Assembly: GCA_964408085.1 (NCBI GenBank)
Contig: CAYOYB010000004.1
Span: 1,057-65,056, forward strand
DNA from: an uncultured Muribaculaceae bacterium
GTDB lineage: Bacteria; Bacillota_I; Bacilli_A; RF39; UBA660
Direction: 5' to 3'
Length of the DNA: 64,000 nucleotides
The notes under the pieces are model-generated. The model was not told the DNA's origin, did no database searches, and saw nothing but the letters and a program-made list of their open reading frames with translations. Both the position numbers and the translations under genes were made by a program. Positions 63,678 to 64,000 of the stretch are shown here, piece by piece; the stretch's first letter is position 1, and every line of letters starts with the position of its first letter.

Positions 63678-64000
63678 TTACCTAATATTATCATTCTTTT
63701 CATAAACTTCAAAATATCCAGTTTCTGATGAATATCTATATATAATTTTTGAATTAGTCGAATAATTATTAAACATATCTATATCAAATCCAGAATAGCT
63801 TTCATTTAATAGGTAAAACTCTTCTTCTTTAAAAAAATCTAATATAGGAGATAATTTATTTTTATCATCATAGTCTTTCATCATATTAAAATAATCAAAG
63901 TTAGATGTCATATAAATTTCAACATCTGTATTAAACTTATTAATTAGTTTATTTATTGACTCTGCATCTAAATTTCTAATATCTAAAATAATCGAAAATA
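63678..64000 (-). CDS. hypothetical protein, N-terminally truncated by the window edge
   Basis: The listed 77-aa ORF stays open upstream of its first Met all the way to position 64000 (...ILDIRNLDAESINKLINKFNTDVEIYMTSNF...). The real gene therefore starts outside the window. Confidence 0.5.
   Translation of the reverse strand, partial: FSIILDIRNLDAESINKLINKFNTDVEIYMTSNFDYFNMMKDYDDKNKLSPILDFFKEEEFYLLNESYSGFDIDMFNNYSTNSKIIYRYSSETGYFEVYEKNDNIR

Overview
This is a very AT-rich chromosomal segment with TAA-dominated stops, TGG for Trp and the standard code. It comes from a low-GC Gram-positive, probably spore-forming bacterium (dacB-spmA-spmB operon, T-box leader, CCA-encoded tRNAs).

Left flank: ssrA (partial), smpB, a CapA-like lipoprotein, a large polytopic membrane protein and rnr.

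Accessory-looking block: three tandem VirB2/TrbC-like 'pilin-like' genes sit at 6.9-9.0 kb on the + strand, followed by a short rmuC/SPFH/rhodanese interlude. Then comes a ~26-kb, 23-gene cluster at 11.7-37.9 kb, entirely on the - strand. It joins a Tad/Flp-type pilus module to a Gram-positive-type T4SS module.
- Tad module: TadZ-, TadA-, TadB-, TadC- and CpaB-like proteins, four prepilin-like proteins, and a 1211-aa secreted protein with 52 Cys.
- T4SS module: two more pilin-like genes, two VirB6-like paralogs, a VirB3-like protein, a split VirB4, an M23 cell-wall hydrolase and a VirD4-type coupling protein.
- No relaxase, integrase or prepilin peptidase is visible in the window.

Right part:
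- RNHCP protein and scpA-scpB.
- tRNA-Leu, followed by two diverged copies of a convergent small-RNA / tiny hydrophobic peptide module (type I toxin-antitoxin-like).
- A metallophosphoesterase with an in-frame TGA followed by 55 open codons.
- An orphan ATPase-nuclease fusion.
- Housekeeping genes: RumA-type methyltransferase, ferredoxin, rluB, dacB-spmAB.
- A four-member Tim44-like/zinc-ribbon family.
- A T-box leader (specifier candidate AAC, Asn) that directly precedes three tandem tRNA-Asn genes and gatC-gatA-gatB-aspS.

All functional calls come from motif and architecture recognition by eye. Nothing was checked against a database.
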